Assembly (NCBI GenBank): GCA_020632095.1
Contig: JACKGF010000001.1
Coordinates: 326,638-390,637 of the forward strand
Direction of reading: 5' to 3'
Length of the DNA stretch: 64,000 bases
Source: Candidatus Nomurabacteria bacterium
GTDB taxonomy: Bacteria; Patescibacteriota; Minisyncoccia; Phycocordibacterales; UBA918
The position numbers and the translations under genes are program-made. Positions 19,873-28,535 of the stretch are shown one piece after another; within the stretch, counting starts at the first letter, position 1; each line of letters starts with the position of its first letter. The notes beneath the pieces were generated by a model. It saw nothing but the letters and a program-made list of their open reading frames with translations. It was not told the origin of the DNA and ran no database searches.

Positions 19873-20008
19873 ATTTCGGTTAGTTTTGTTTGACAGGCAG
19901 GATTTTCTATATTACTCTTTCCCTGGGTATAGTTCTATTTGTCCGAGATATTCGGACTTGCCCTGTACAACCTTTTCCATAACAGTAGACAATTTGGAGT
20001 AAAACGGA

Positions 20009-20665
20009 ATGAGAAAGATTATTGCAGGACTAGCATTCGTCCTCATGGTGTGCACTGGAGTAGCGTACGCCGGGTATGAGGAACCAATGCCAGACAGCGG
20101 CTTCCTGAACGGCTTGGGAGCATGGAGCTTCGCCGGCAACGCCCCCGTTTTCACCAATTCACAAACGGTGTCAACTGGGGGGACGGCGGGCTCGGGACCA
20201 ACATCATTCACCACCATCAGTTCGCCGGAAGCCGGCAATTACGTCGCTATCTACGGCACCGCAATTCTGATGTCGCCAGTGGTCAAGGTAAAAGTTGGCG
20301 ATAAATTCATGAGCGTCGTGGCATTTTCGGGGGAAGACTATCCCCCATTCAATGACGCCTTTACGGTTGGGCTAATCTCAGTACTGACCGGCAACACACT
20401 TGCCTCGGTAACTTGGTCCATCGACACGATCGGTGGAGCCTACAGCCTCATGCCGTGGACACAGTTTTTGCACACGTTCACCGGCGACGACGAGTTGCAG
20501 TACTTCGTGAAGATCGAGAACATTCTCGACAGACAGTTAGACAGCTGGGGCTTCTCAACCGCTGGTACCATCCTTCGCGTACCGGAGCCCGCCTCACTGG
20601 TCCTGATCGCCATCGGCCTGTTCAGCATCTTCGTACTCGCTGGCCGTCGCCGCAAGCAAAAGTAA
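20009..20665 (+). CDS. secreted PEP-CTERM-domain protein (signal peptide + VPEP-TM-RRRK sorting tail)
   Basis: The N-terminal signal peptide is MRKIIAGLAFVLMVCTGVAYA. The C-terminus, RVPEPASLVLIAIGLFSIFVLAGRRRKQK, matches the PEP-CTERM consensus. The gene looks markedly more GC-rich than its neighbours. Confidence 0.7.
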   Translation: MRKIIAGLAFVLMVCTGVAYAGYEEPMPDSGFLNGLGAWSFAGNAPVFTNSQTVSTGGTAGSGPTSFTTISSPEAGNYVAIYGTAILMSPVVKVKVGDKFMSVVAFSGEDYPPFNDAFTVGLISVLTGNTLASVTWSIDTIGGAYSLMPWTQFLHTFTGDDELQYFVKIENILDRQLDSWGFSTAGTILRVPEPASLVLIAIGLFSIFVLAGRRRKQK

Positions 20666-20687
20666 CATCGTCGGCGTCGCCGGCAAA

Positions 20688-20718
20688 GAGGCCTACCCGC
20701 AGTGGTAGGTCTTTTTTT
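20688..20718 (+). terminator. rho-independent terminator of the PEP-CTERM gene
   Basis: AGGCCTACC-cgcagt-GGTAGGTCT followed by TTTTTTTAT. Confidence 0.7.
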
Positions 20719-20756
20719 ATTTCCCCAACTGACTCTAGACAAGGTGTATAGCATAT

Positions 20757-22274
20757 ATGCTATACTGTAGTGGTATGCAACATATCGGAAATATTATCGC
20801 GGATATTCGCGAAACTCAGGGAATTACTCAGCAAGCTTTAGCCAAGAAAATTAATACCACGCAAAGTGCTATCGCTAGAATGGAATCAGGCAATCAAAAT
20901 GTCAGCGCCGATATGCTGAAGAAAATTAGTAAGGCACTAGGCAAAAACCTCATCACTCTATCCCCTGGCACCGTCAACGTTTCTATCGAAGGAGGCAAGA
21001 AGCTGACTGGAATAATTGAAACCAACACCTCAAAAAACGGCGCCGTAGCTCTCCTCTGTGCCTCTTTAATAAACAAAAACACTACCACCCTGCACCATGT
21101 ACCACGCATCGAGGAGGTCCACCGAATAATTGAGGTGTTGGAAAGTATCGGCGTCAAAGTCGACTGGCAAGGCACCACCGTAGTAATCACCCCACCCAAG
21201 CAATTTGCTTTGGATAAAATCGACGAAGTGGCCGCCCGTAAAACCCGCAGTATCGTGATGTTTATCGGACCACTCATTCACCAATTAAAATCTTTTTCAC
21301 TTCCCCAGTCTGGTGGGTGCAAGCTTGGCAGTCGCACTGTACGACCCCACTTCTACGCTCTGGAAAACTTTGGTGTCAATATCAAAACCACTGATGACTC
21401 TTTTGTAGTAAAAGTAGTCGATAAGCGACCGGCGGAAATCATTTTGTATGAATCTGGTGATACAGTGACCGAAAACGCTCTGTTTGCTGCGGCTGGTCGC
21501 ACTAACACGACCGTTATTAAATACGCTTCTGCCAACTACATGGTGCAGGAAGTTTGTGCTTTTCTACAGCTGTTTGGAGTCAAAATTGAAGGGGTTGGTA
21601 CCACCACTCTAACTGTTACCGGTGTAGCACATATAGACCAAGCGGTTGAGTATACCCTGTCCGAAGACCCGACCGACAGTATGTTTTTCTTGGCAGCCGC
21701 CATTGTCACTCAATCTGAAATCACCATCACCCGCTGTCCGATTGAATTTTTAGAAATAGAACTTCTGAAGCTAGAAAAAATGGGCTTTAAATACAAGAAG
21801 ACCAAACCATATTTCAGTCACAACTGTTCAACCAAACTAGTAGACATCACGACCAAACCGTCAAAACTAAAGGCCTTACACGAAAAAATTCACCCTTCTG
21901 TTTACCCAGGCCTAAATATCGACAATCTTCCTTTCTTTGCTGTGATTGCTACCCAAGCAGATGGACAAACTCTTATTCACGATTGGGTTTACGAAAAGCG
22001 AGCTATTTACTTCACGGAGCTAGACAAACTTGGCGCTGATACCGTATTGGCTGACCCGCATCGTATCTACATCAACGGTCCAACCAAACTCCGCGCGACC
22101 GAGCTCATCTGCCCACCTGCCCTGCGTCCCGCCACTATTCTGCTTATCGGCATGTTGGGCGCACAAGGTCAATCTATCCTACGCAATATCTACAGTATCA
22201 ATCGTGGTTACGAGAAGCTGGTGGAGCGCCTCGCTTCGCTCGGCGCCTCAATCTCCTACCTAGACGAGTTCTAA
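20757..22274 (+). CDS. murA: UDP-N-acetylglucosamine 1-carboxyvinyltransferase with in-frame N-terminal XRE-type HTH domain
   Basis: Residues about 8-65 match the XRE HTH pattern (ETQGITQQALAKKINTTQSAIARMESGNQNVSADMLKKISKALG). From LSPGTVNVSIEGGKKLTG onward the protein aligns with MurA, including SKNGAVALL, the catalytic loop GGCKLGSRTV and C-terminal NRGYEKLVERL. No stop separates the two parts. Confidence 0.8.
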   Translation: MLYCSGMQHIGNIIADIRETQGITQQALAKKINTTQSAIARMESGNQNVSADMLKKISKALGKNLITLSPGTVNVSIEGGKKLTGIIETNTSKNGAVALLCASLINKNTTTLHHVPRIEEVHRIIEVLESIGVKVDWQGTTVVITPPKQFALDKIDEVAARKTRSIVMFIGPLIHQLKSFSLPQSGGCKLGSRTVRPHFYALENFGVNIKTTDDSFVVKVVDKRPAEIILYESGDTVTENALFAAAGRTNTTVIKYASANYMVQEVCAFLQLFGVKIEGVGTTTLTVTGVAHIDQAVEYTLSEDPTDSMFFLAAAIVTQSEITITRCPIEFLEIELLKLEKMGFKYKKTKPYFSHNCSTKLVDITTKPSKLKALHEKIHPSVYPGLNIDNLPFFAVIATQADGQTLIHDWVYEKRAIYFTELDKLGADTVLADPHRIYINGPTKLRATELICPPALRPATILLIGMLGAQGQSILRNIYSINRGYEKLVERLASLGASISYLDEF

Positions 22275-22307
22275 AATTTATTCTCACTATTAAAGTCTAT
22301 ATGAAGA

Positions 22308-22348
22308 CCCTAAAAAAACCTTTTGGTTAACCGAAAGGTTTTTTAGGG
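22308..22348. terminator. bidirectional terminator between murA and the convergent methyltransferase gene
   Basis: A roughly 16-bp stem, CCCTAAAAAAACCTTT-tggttaacc-gAAAGGTTTTTTAGGG, with A/T runs on both sides. Confidence 0.6.
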
Positions 22349-22418
22349 TTTCCTAATTACAAACCAAACAAAACCGACCAGTTTGACATTTATATCTGAA
22401 ATAGAACTTAATTAAGCT

Positions 22419-23105
22419 CTATTTTTGCATATACGCTACCCAATAATTCCTTTTGTAGCTTTGGTTATTCATTTTGGCGTAGTTAGATTTCTTTTCTAAT
22501 CTGAGAATAGAAAAATATTTTGAATACAGTTCGATGAAATCTGATTCGGTAAAAACTCGTTCAACTAATCCCATATCTTTATTTATGTAAGTGTCCTTTT
22601 CTAAACCTGGGTTTAACTTGATGAGGTTTTTAGTATGCTTGTCGCCGTCCTTACACAAACCCCGAAAAAAGAAGTAGCCCCCTGTTTTTAAAACTCTACT
22701 TGTTTCGGCTAGATAAATCTCTCGTTCTTTTTCATTCAACGAATTAGAAGACATAACATCAATCACCAAATCAATCGAATTGTCTTCAAGAGGATATTTT
22801 TCTCCAATATTTAAAACACGGTAATTTGTATTAAACAAACCTTGTTCAGACGCTCTTTGCTTTGCCAATTCGACCGCTGTTTTAGACAACTCAAACCCTG
22901 CCACTTGAAATCCTAAGTCGGCCAAGTAATTTCCATTACGACCAGTACCTGAACCAAGATCAAGAGCTTTTAAATTATTAAAATCATCACCCTGTTCTTT
23001 GCGCAGAAATTTGACAAATATCTTTAAATCCTTGCGTGGTTCTTCGCTCAGAGTAACTAATTTAGGATTATAATACTCCTTTTCCCACACCTCTTTTTGC
23101 GCCAT
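22419..23105 (-). CDS. class I SAM-dependent methyltransferase (small-molecule/protein type)
   Basis: Motif I LDLGSGTGRN and post-I acidic residue with the downstream Rossmann pattern are present. No DNA-MTase target-recognition motifs (DPPY/NPPY) were seen. Confidence 0.75.
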   Translation of the reverse strand: MAQKEVWEKEYYNPKLVTLSEEPRKDLKIFVKFLRKEQGDDFNNLKALDLGSGTGRNGNYLADLGFQVAGFELSKTAVELAKQRASEQGLFNTNYRVLNIGEKYPLEDNSIDLVIDVMSSNSLNEKEREIYLAETSRVLKTGGYFFFRGLCKDGDKHTKNLIKLNPGLEKDTYINKDMGLVERVFTESDFIELYSKYFSILRLEKKSNYAKMNNQSYKRNYWVAYMQK

Positions 23106-23238
23106 TCTAATATATTACACATGTTAGCTACACTTACAAACTAATTACGACAAATTTGAACATTTTTTTACTACTAATATTATAATTTGACTGTGAACAT
23201 CCTTAAAAAAAATAATTCTAAAAGGATATAATTCTCGC

Positions 23239-23487
23239 ATGAAAGTTACTTTTGAGGATTCTGTCCCTATACCCTATTCTAAAAAAAATAAACCTGCAAT
23301 CTCTGGAATGGCATCTTTTTTGATTAATAATTCATATGGTTTTATACGTAACGAAAATACTGCAAATAACATATTAGTATTATTTTCTTTAACACTAATT
23401 GTGTTGGCTGTTTATATATCAATCTCAATTCTTAAACCCCCTCCTCCTGAAGTAATATATTTACTTGATGGGAGTACCACCTTGTAA
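23239..23487 (+). CDS. small hypothetical single-TM protein upstream of pilin gene
   Basis: 82 aa with one strong TM helix (ILVLFSLTLIVLAVYISISIL) and a proline run. It is co-oriented with the pilin gene, 17 bp upstream. Confidence 0.35.
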   Translation: MKVTFEDSVPIPYSKKNKPAISGMASFLINNSYGFIRNENTANNILVLFSLTLIVLAVYISISILKPPPPEVIYLLDGSTTL

Positions 23488-23503
23488 AAACTGAATAGTT
23501 ATT

Positions 23504-24070
23504 ATGAAACAAAAAGAAAAAACCGGATTCACATTAATTGAGTTACTGGTAGTCATCTCAATCATTGGAATACTGGCTACAGTTGTGTTAGCTTCATTGA
23601 GTACAGCCCGTTTGTCTGCTCAATACACAAAAGCTCGCTCTGATATTAGGACTATTGGATATTTAATAACTATAGCCAGTCAAGAAAAAAGTACCCCAAC
23701 TTTGAACATAACCGGCAACACTTGTAGTGAGTGTGCTTGTAGAGCACAAGGAAATATTCATGCACTTGACCCAAATACACACGCTTGCTGGATAAATTAT
23801 AAGTCAGCAATAAACTCACTAAACCTAGCAACCAACGGTCTTTACTCTGTTAAAAATTTACCGATTGATCCTTGGGGTGGACCATATTTAATAAATGAAA
23901 ATGAAGGAGAGATGACAGCGTCTTTCCCAGACCCCTGTCACGGTGACAATATATCCTCAGCCGGACCTGACGGTATTTTTTACGACTCAGATGACATAGT
24001 TTATGGCCTACCTGTAGTAAGATGCTTATATGACCTAGGACCACACGTTCCAGAAACTAATTGGAATTAG
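23504..24070 (+). CDS. type IV pilin/pseudopilin (prepilin-type N-terminal cleavage/methylation domain)
   Basis: The N-terminus MKQKEKTGFTLIELLVVISIIGILA is the class III signal (G|FTLIE). The C-terminal domain has six Cys. Confidence 0.8.
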   Translation: MKQKEKTGFTLIELLVVISIIGILATVVLASLSTARLSAQYTKARSDIRTIGYLITIASQEKSTPTLNITGNTCSECACRAQGNIHALDPNTHACWINYKSAINSLNLATNGLYSVKNLPIDPWGGPYLINENEGEMTASFPDPCHGDNISSAGPDGIFYDSDDIVYGLPVVRCLYDLGPHVPETNWN

Positions 24071-24110
24071 TAAACAAATTCAAAACTAATGTTGTATTAT
24101 CAGCCACAGC

Positions 24111-24144
24111 GCCGCTTAATTGGCAAGCCTGCCAATTAAGCGGC
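24111..24144 (+). terminator. strong terminator after pilin gene
   Basis: A perfect 15-bp stem, GCCGCTTAATTGGCA-agcc-TGCCAATTAAGCGGC, followed by GTTTGCT. Confidence 0.7.
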
Positions 24145-24150
24145 GTTTGC

Positions 24151-24156
24151 TATAAT
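24151..24156 (+). promoter_or_regulatory. candidate -10 box (TATAAT) 9 bp upstream of priA start
   Basis: gctTATAATatatccgcATG has a consensus -10 hexamer. That implies a very short leader for priA. Confidence 0.3.
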
Positions 24157-24164
24157 ATATCCGC

Positions 24165-26057
24165 ATGTTTGTCATTCAAGTTACCCCTCTGATTCGCGGC
24201 ACCCAACTTGAATCTCTTTCATACTATTCTGGAGTTTCCTATGAGGTAGGAAGTTTTATTGAAGTTCCAATTAGGGGCAAAAAACAACCCGCTGTGGTGA
24301 TTGAAGTTAAGTCAGCCAGCCATACCAAAACTGCTCTAAAGGCAGCCACTTTCTCACTCCGAAAACTACCCAACCAGGCTGATCCGGTTATCTTACCTGA
24401 AACCATCAGGAAAACCGCCTCAGAACTAACAAAAATCTACTCTGCTTCTGTTGGATCAATTTTATACAGTTTGCTACCACCTGATGTCAGAAGCGGTAGT
24501 AGGCCCTACCCAAGATCAGAAGACAACACCCAAAACGAAGAAACTACTCCCCAGCTTCTCACTGCCAAAGTGGATGAGCGTTATGTAATTTACCAAGGGC
24601 AGATTCGTAGCATCTTTGCTCACCGTGGTTCGGTATTATTTGTCGTACCAACCGCTACCGAAGTCGAATATGCTGTAACAGCTCTTAGTCAAGGTATTGA
24701 AGATCGAGTAATTGTATTTTCCCCTAGCCAAACCAAACGTCAGCGTGACGCTTCATACAAAAAACTTGAAGATACTACTCTTACCAAATTAATTATCACT
24801 ACCCCAGCTTACGCTTATTTTGAAAGAATAGATTTAATTAATATTATTATTGAACAATCTGCCAGCGGACATTACGTAACCAGACAAAGACCGTACCTTG
24901 ACCACCGTGATGCTCTAATAACTTTTGCCAAAGTGTCTGGTCGTTCAATCCTGCTTGGTGATCTGACACCTCGCACTGAAGATGAAGCCAAACGTCGCGA
25001 TGAAATTTACTTAACCTACGGCGAAGAAGCTAAGCGAATTGCTTTTTCAGCCCCACTTACTATCATCACTCAAAAAGATAAACCTAAGCCAGAAACCCCT
25101 TTTCAGCTTTTTTCTACTGAATTAGTCACGAGCGTGGAGCGGGCACTGGAGGCACGAGGTCATGTCTTCTTTTATGCGGCTCGTCGTGGTCTCGCACCAG
25201 TGGTAGCTTGTATTGATTGTGGCTATATCTTCCGCTGTCCTGACTCCAACACCCCCTACTCACTCATGCGCACAATGAAGCATGGTCAGGAAGAACGTTG
25301 GTTTGTTTCTAGCACCTCAGGGCGACGTGTACGCGCCGCTGATGTTTGTCTCAACTGTGGCTCTTGGCGATTACGTGAACGTGGTATCGGTATCCAACAA
25401 GTATATGATGAGTGGAAAAATCTGTTGCCCAATTACAATGTAACCATAATGGACAACACCACCGCTTCCACCGCCAAACAAGCTAAAAAAGTCGCTGATG
25501 AATTTTTCGCTCAACGTTCAGGAGTATTAATCGGCACTCAAATAGCACTACCTTTCTTAAGTCAAGGAGTTGATGTTAGTGCGGTTATCTCACTCGACGC
25601 TGCCCGCACTATTCCTACTTGGCGTGCCGACGAATCTCTTTTCCGGCTATTAATGCGTCTCCGCGAATGTACTCACAAAGAAGTAATTGTTCAAACTCGT
25701 ACGGAAACTGACAACTTAATGATTCACGCTACCCGTGGCGCCATTGAACGTTTTTATGACGACGAAATTGCCCTCCGTAAGATGCTCCAATACCCTCCCT
25801 ACAGCACCTTTATTCTACTAACTTGGACAGGCACCAGTACCTCAGTCCTCGAGTTAGAAAAACCCATTAAATTAATATTAGAAAATCAGTCAGTCCAATA
25901 CTACAACAATCCCAACTCCACCAACAGCAAAACTCTTCGTCATGGCTTAATCCGTATCCCAAATTCAGACAAAGAACTTTACGTCACCTGCCTCAAAGCC
26001 ACCCGCAATCTACCACCCTACGTAAAAATCGAAATCAACCCCGAAAGGATTGTCTAA
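24165..26057 (+). CDS. priA: primosomal protein N' (PriA) homolog with degenerate helicase motifs
   Basis: A PriA-like N-terminal 3'-DNA-binding region is present, plus the Cys-rich zinc module (CIDCGYIFRCPDS ... CLNCGSWRL) and C-terminal GTQIALPF...QYPPYS regions. The Walker A (expected GxTGSGKT) and DEEH positions are replaced by non-consensus residues. It is followed by def-fmt, a conserved order. Confidence 0.7.
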   Translation: MFVIQVTPLIRGTQLESLSYYSGVSYEVGSFIEVPIRGKKQPAVVIEVKSASHTKTALKAATFSLRKLPNQADPVILPETIRKTASELTKIYSASVGSILYSLLPPDVRSGSRPYPRSEDNTQNEETTPQLLTAKVDERYVIYQGQIRSIFAHRGSVLFVVPTATEVEYAVTALSQGIEDRVIVFSPSQTKRQRDASYKKLEDTTLTKLIITTPAYAYFERIDLINIIIEQSASGHYVTRQRPYLDHRDALITFAKVSGRSILLGDLTPRTEDEAKRRDEIYLTYGEEAKRIAFSAPLTIITQKDKPKPETPFQLFSTELVTSVERALEARGHVFFYAARRGLAPVVACIDCGYIFRCPDSNTPYSLMRTMKHGQEERWFVSSTSGRRVRAADVCLNCGSWRLRERGIGIQQVYDEWKNLLPNYNVTIMDNTTASTAKQAKKVADEFFAQRSGVLIGTQIALPFLSQGVDVSAVISLDAARTIPTWRADESLFRLLMRLRECTHKEVIVQTRTETDNLMIHATRGAIERFYDDEIALRKMLQYPPYSTFILLTWTGTSTSVLELEKPIKLILENQSVQYYNNPNSTNSKTLRHGLIRIPNSDKELYVTCLKATRNLPPYVKIEINPERIV

Positions 26058-26107
26058 AAAATTAAACTCTTCGCTTTTTCGGTTTTTTTTGCTATAGTAG
26101 GAAAACT

Positions 26108-26626
26108 ATGGCCAAATTAGTACCATTAAACCACCCTGCCCTACACGCTATCGCAGAAGAAATTACCGCGGAGGAGTTTTCTAATGGGACAGTAGAAAAA
26201 ATTGTTAAAGACTTGAAAGAAGCAATTAAAACATACGATGTGGATGGTTACGCTGCCGTTGCCATTGCCGCACCACAAATTGGGGTTTCTAAACGAGTTT
26301 TTTTAATAGATGATCAGAGTGATCGCAAAGATTCACTACCTTCAATTGTGGCAGTCAATCCCCGTTTTACCAAACTTTCCAAAAAGACTCACGAGGCTGG
26401 TGAAGGTTGTCTTTCTATTCCTGACACCTATGGCTTAGTGACAAGACACCAAAACGTCACCATGGAAGCTAAGGATATTAATGGCAAAACCTATTCTCGT
26501 GGCGCCGGCGGTCTCTTAGCCCAAATCATGCAACACGAGTATGATCACCTAGACGGAGTCCTCTTTACCGACCGTGCCAACAAGGTTTGGACTAAGGGTA
26601 ATGAGCCTGAAGAATACGAAAAATAA
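26108..26626 (+). CDS. def: peptide deformylase
   Basis: The motifs GVSKRVF, EGCLSIP and QHEYDHLDG (HExxH) are present. Confidence 0.9.
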   Translation: MAKLVPLNHPALHAIAEEITAEEFSNGTVEKIVKDLKEAIKTYDVDGYAAVAIAAPQIGVSKRVFLIDDQSDRKDSLPSIVAVNPRFTKLSKKTHEAGEGCLSIPDTYGLVTRHQNVTMEAKDINGKTYSRGAGGLLAQIMQHEYDHLDGVLFTDRANKVWTKGNEPEEYEK

Positions 26627-26628
26627 TT

Positions 26629-27498
26629 ATGAAATTTGCCTACTTTGGTGGTGAACCGCTAGCAGTACCAGTTCTAGAAGAATTAAAAAAGGCTGATTTA
26701 CTACCAGAACTTATTATCTGTAATTCAGACCGACCGGTCGGCCGTGAACAAACTCTGACTCCACCACCCGCCAAGGTCTGGGCCGAAAAAGAAGGTCTTC
26801 CCACATTTCAACCAACCTCATATAAAGATCAGTCTCTATTCTCAAAGCTAACAGATTCAGACTGGGATATTTTTGTGGTAGTGGCCTACAATTTCATTCT
26901 ACCTAAGTGGATTTTAGATATTCCAAAACACGGCGTAGTAAATGTACACCCGTCATTACTACCAAGCTTGCGAGGGGCTAGCCCTATCCGTACCGCTATC
27001 AAAGACAACCTGCCTGACGAGGTAGGAGTCTCTATTATGTTGATGGACGAAAAGATGGATCATGGACCAATCCTTGACCAAGAGCAATTAGAAATCTCTG
27101 ACAAGAATTGGCCTATAGCTGGACCAAAACTCGACAAAACTCTAGCTAGGCTCGGCGGTAAATTGTTAAGTGAAGTATTACCGGCTTGGATAAACGATGA
27201 ACTATCACCTCAGGAACAAGACCACAACCTCGCCACCTACTGTGGTCGATTCCAAAAATCTGACAGTGAAATTTTTATCAATCCGCTCAAACTTCCTGGC
27301 GGGATGGACGCAAAAAAAGCCTGGCACACTATTAATGCTTTTGCTGGTATTGGCGACACATTTTTTACATATCAAGGAAAACGAGTCAAAATCAAAGAAG
27401 CGGAGCGAACCACTAGTGGTTCGCTCCGCCTACTTCGCGTAATCCCAGAAGGTAAGAAAGAAATGGATTTCTCTCAATATTTACAATCAATCACTTGA
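26629..27498 (+). CDS. fmt: methionyl-tRNA formyltransferase
   Basis: It has the formyl-transferase N-domain (NVHPSLLPSLRGASPI) and C-terminal domain, and directly follows def. Confidence 0.85.
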   Translation: MKFAYFGGEPLAVPVLEELKKADLLPELIICNSDRPVGREQTLTPPPAKVWAEKEGLPTFQPTSYKDQSLFSKLTDSDWDIFVVVAYNFILPKWILDIPKHGVVNVHPSLLPSLRGASPIRTAIKDNLPDEVGVSIMLMDEKMDHGPILDQEQLEISDKNWPIAGPKLDKTLARLGGKLLSEVLPAWINDELSPQEQDHNLATYCGRFQKSDSEIFINPLKLPGGMDAKKAWHTINAFAGIGDTFFTYQGKRVKIKEAERTTSGSLRLLRVIPEGKKEMDFSQYLQSIT

Positions 27499-27861
27499 TT
27501 AACCTTCAAGCATTTGTTCTTTAACCGCTCGCCCCCCTTGTTTATCAAGAGTAATTTGTTTTTCTTTTGCTTTACGTAATTCACTAACAACTTCATCTCT
27601 TACCTTGTCAATGGCCTTTTCAAAACTTTCTTCAGTTGACTCAGCCCGATACATAGTGCCATCCACCATCAGATTAATTTCTACTCGGTGCACTTGACCA
27701 TTTTGTTTTGGTGCCACTTTCTCAAACTCTACATCGCAGGTTATAGATTCATCTCCGTGCAAAAATTTCTCCAGCGCGTTCATTTTTTGGTCTACTACCA
27801 GAGCTAATTCTTCCGCCTCCGGAATACTATTGTACTTATAATTGATAGTTGGAAATGTCAT
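27499..27861 (-). CDS. hpf: ribosome hibernation promoting factor (HPF/RaiA, S30EA family)
   Basis: 120 aa with the beta-alpha-beta-beta-beta-alpha pattern. The sequence reads MTFPTINYKYNSIPEAEELALVVDQKMNALEKF...VHRVEINL. Confidence 0.85.
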   Translation of the reverse strand: MTFPTINYKYNSIPEAEELALVVDQKMNALEKFLHGDESITCDVEFEKVAPKQNGQVHRVEINLMVDGTMYRAESTEESFEKAIDKVRDEVVSELRKAKEKQITLDKQGGRAVKEQMLEG

Positions 27862-27878
27862 AGAATTTAGTTTATTTA

Positions 27879-28190
27879 CTAACCCTCACACGACTCACAC
27901 ACTGAATTACTAATATGTACTCTTGGTTTACTAACCTGAGCTACCACACCAGAATAAGCGTAATTTTCTCTAATATAATCAATGATATCGCTCGACTCGT
28001 GCATTGATACACCTTTTTCAATATCAACCAAAAACGGCACTTGACTCTGACCAGCTTTTTCTAGTAATTCATCCATTGCTGTCTCGTCTTCAGAAACATC
28101 CTTTAAATCAAACTCTACCTTGAGATTTTCTGCCATTTGCAAAACGCGTTGGCAAAATGAACAGTTTGGCTTGTAGTATAGTGTAAGCAT
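27879..28190 (-). CDS. glutaredoxin/NrdH-like thiol-disulfide oxidoreductase
   Basis: It has a CxxC active site in a thioredoxin-fold context (LYYKPNCSFCQRV ... VPFL). Confidence 0.7.
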   Translation of the reverse strand: MLTLYYKPNCSFCQRVLQMAENLKVEFDLKDVSEDETAMDELLEKAGQSQVPFLVDIEKGVSMHESSDIIDYIRENYAYSGVVAQVSKPRVHISNSVCESCEG

Positions 28191-28297
28191 TTTTTCTTCT
28201 ATTAACTTTTAACTCTTTCCATTATACTACGTTTTCAAACTTGCTAAAGGTCACTTTCTTCGACCTTAAAACAGATAATATTAAATGTCAAAACAAA

Positions 28298-28321
28298 ACA
28301 CCCCGCTGTGAGGCGGGGTGT
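28298..28321 (-). terminator. rho-independent terminator of csp
   Basis: ACACCCCGC-tgtgag-GCGGGGTGT is flanked by A and T runs and lies 14 nt after the csp stop. Confidence 0.7.
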
Positions 28322-28334
28322 TTTGTTTAGGAGA

Positions 28335-28535
28335 TTAAACCTTGTTTACACTTACTGCATTAAGTCCTTTTGGACCTTCCGCTACTTCAAATGAAACTAT
28401 GTCACCTTCTCGAAGTTCATCGAATTGTACGTTGACTAATTCATTTGAATGAAAGAAAAGGTCCTTTTCTTGTCCTTCGATTGCAATAAAACCGAAACCT
28501 CGGTCATTGATAGCAGCGATTTTTCCTTGTTGCAT
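28335..28535 (-). CDS. cspA: cold-shock protein (CspA family)
   Basis: 66 aa with RNP1 (GFGFI) and RNP2-like (LFFHSN) motifs. Confidence 0.9.
   Translation of the reverse strand: MQQGKIAAINDRGFGFIAIEGQEKDLFFHSNELVNVQFDELREGDIVSFEVAEGPKGLNAVSVNKV

Noticed and set aside
20122-20754. ORFs 20122..20304(+), 20413..20751(+) and 20440..20754(-) overlapping the PEP-CTERM gene
   Set aside because: They lie out of frame or antisense within the GC-rich gene. High GC removes stop codons in alternative frames. Their products are Arg/Pro-rich and low-complexity, which is typical of artefacts.
20757-20960. Possibility that the XRE HTH is a separate upstream gene from murA
   Set aside because: No stop codon separates the HTH from MurA, and both are in one frame. 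A separate gene would require a sequencing error, so the fusion is reported instead, with the internal-start caveat.
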